Positions 63,963 to 64,000 of a DNA stretch of 64,000 bases are shown here, piece after piece. This DNA is from Octopus bimaculoides. Its lineage: Eukaryota. Within the stretch, counting starts at the first letter, position 1. Each line of letters begins with the position of its first letter. Both the position numbers and the translations under genes were made by a program. Below the pieces are notes generated by a model. It made no database searches and was not told the origin of the DNA. It saw only the letters and a program-made list of their open reading frames with translations. The stretch covers positions 79,904,578-79,968,577 of the forward strand of contig NC_068983.1 in the NCBI RefSeq assembly GCF_001194135.2, given 5' to 3'.

Positions 63963-64000
63963 TAGGGAGAAGGAGTGGGAGGGAGAAAGAGAAAAAGCAT

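Overview
AT-rich, microsatellite-dense animal genomic DNA with three N-gaps. The repeat families (tRNA-headed SINEs with internal (TA/CA)n, RTE LINEs with (GAT)n tails, (ATT)n-tailed SINEs) look to me like a coleoid cephalopod, probably Octopus; this is pattern recognition, not a database result. No intact host protein-coding gene, RNA gene or CRISPR array can be supported. The window reads as intronic or intergenic DNA dominated by mobile elements: (1) a Tc1/mariner with both ends intact (26316-27509; perfect 30-bp TIRs, TA TSD, frameshifted transposase) whose catalytic spacing is DD36E rather than DD34E; (2) a decayed IS630/Gambol-like DD34E transposase (about 59.5-60.5 kb) flanked by inverted arrays of a 21-bp unit; (3) several copies of one RTE family whose ORF2 has a C4HC3 PHD-like finger between RT motifs 6 and 7 and whose 3' UTR has a variable number of 66-bp hairpin units; (4) an older BovB-like RTE broken into two oppositely oriented halves, plus a CR1-clade fragment and an R4/Dong-type REL fragment; (5) hAT and piggyBac MITEs with TSDs, a 2-kb structure bounded by ~155-bp inverted arms, and at least four SINE families. 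Most ORFs in the supplied track are microsatellite, gap or TE-antisense artefacts. All alignments, counts and identities were done by eye.
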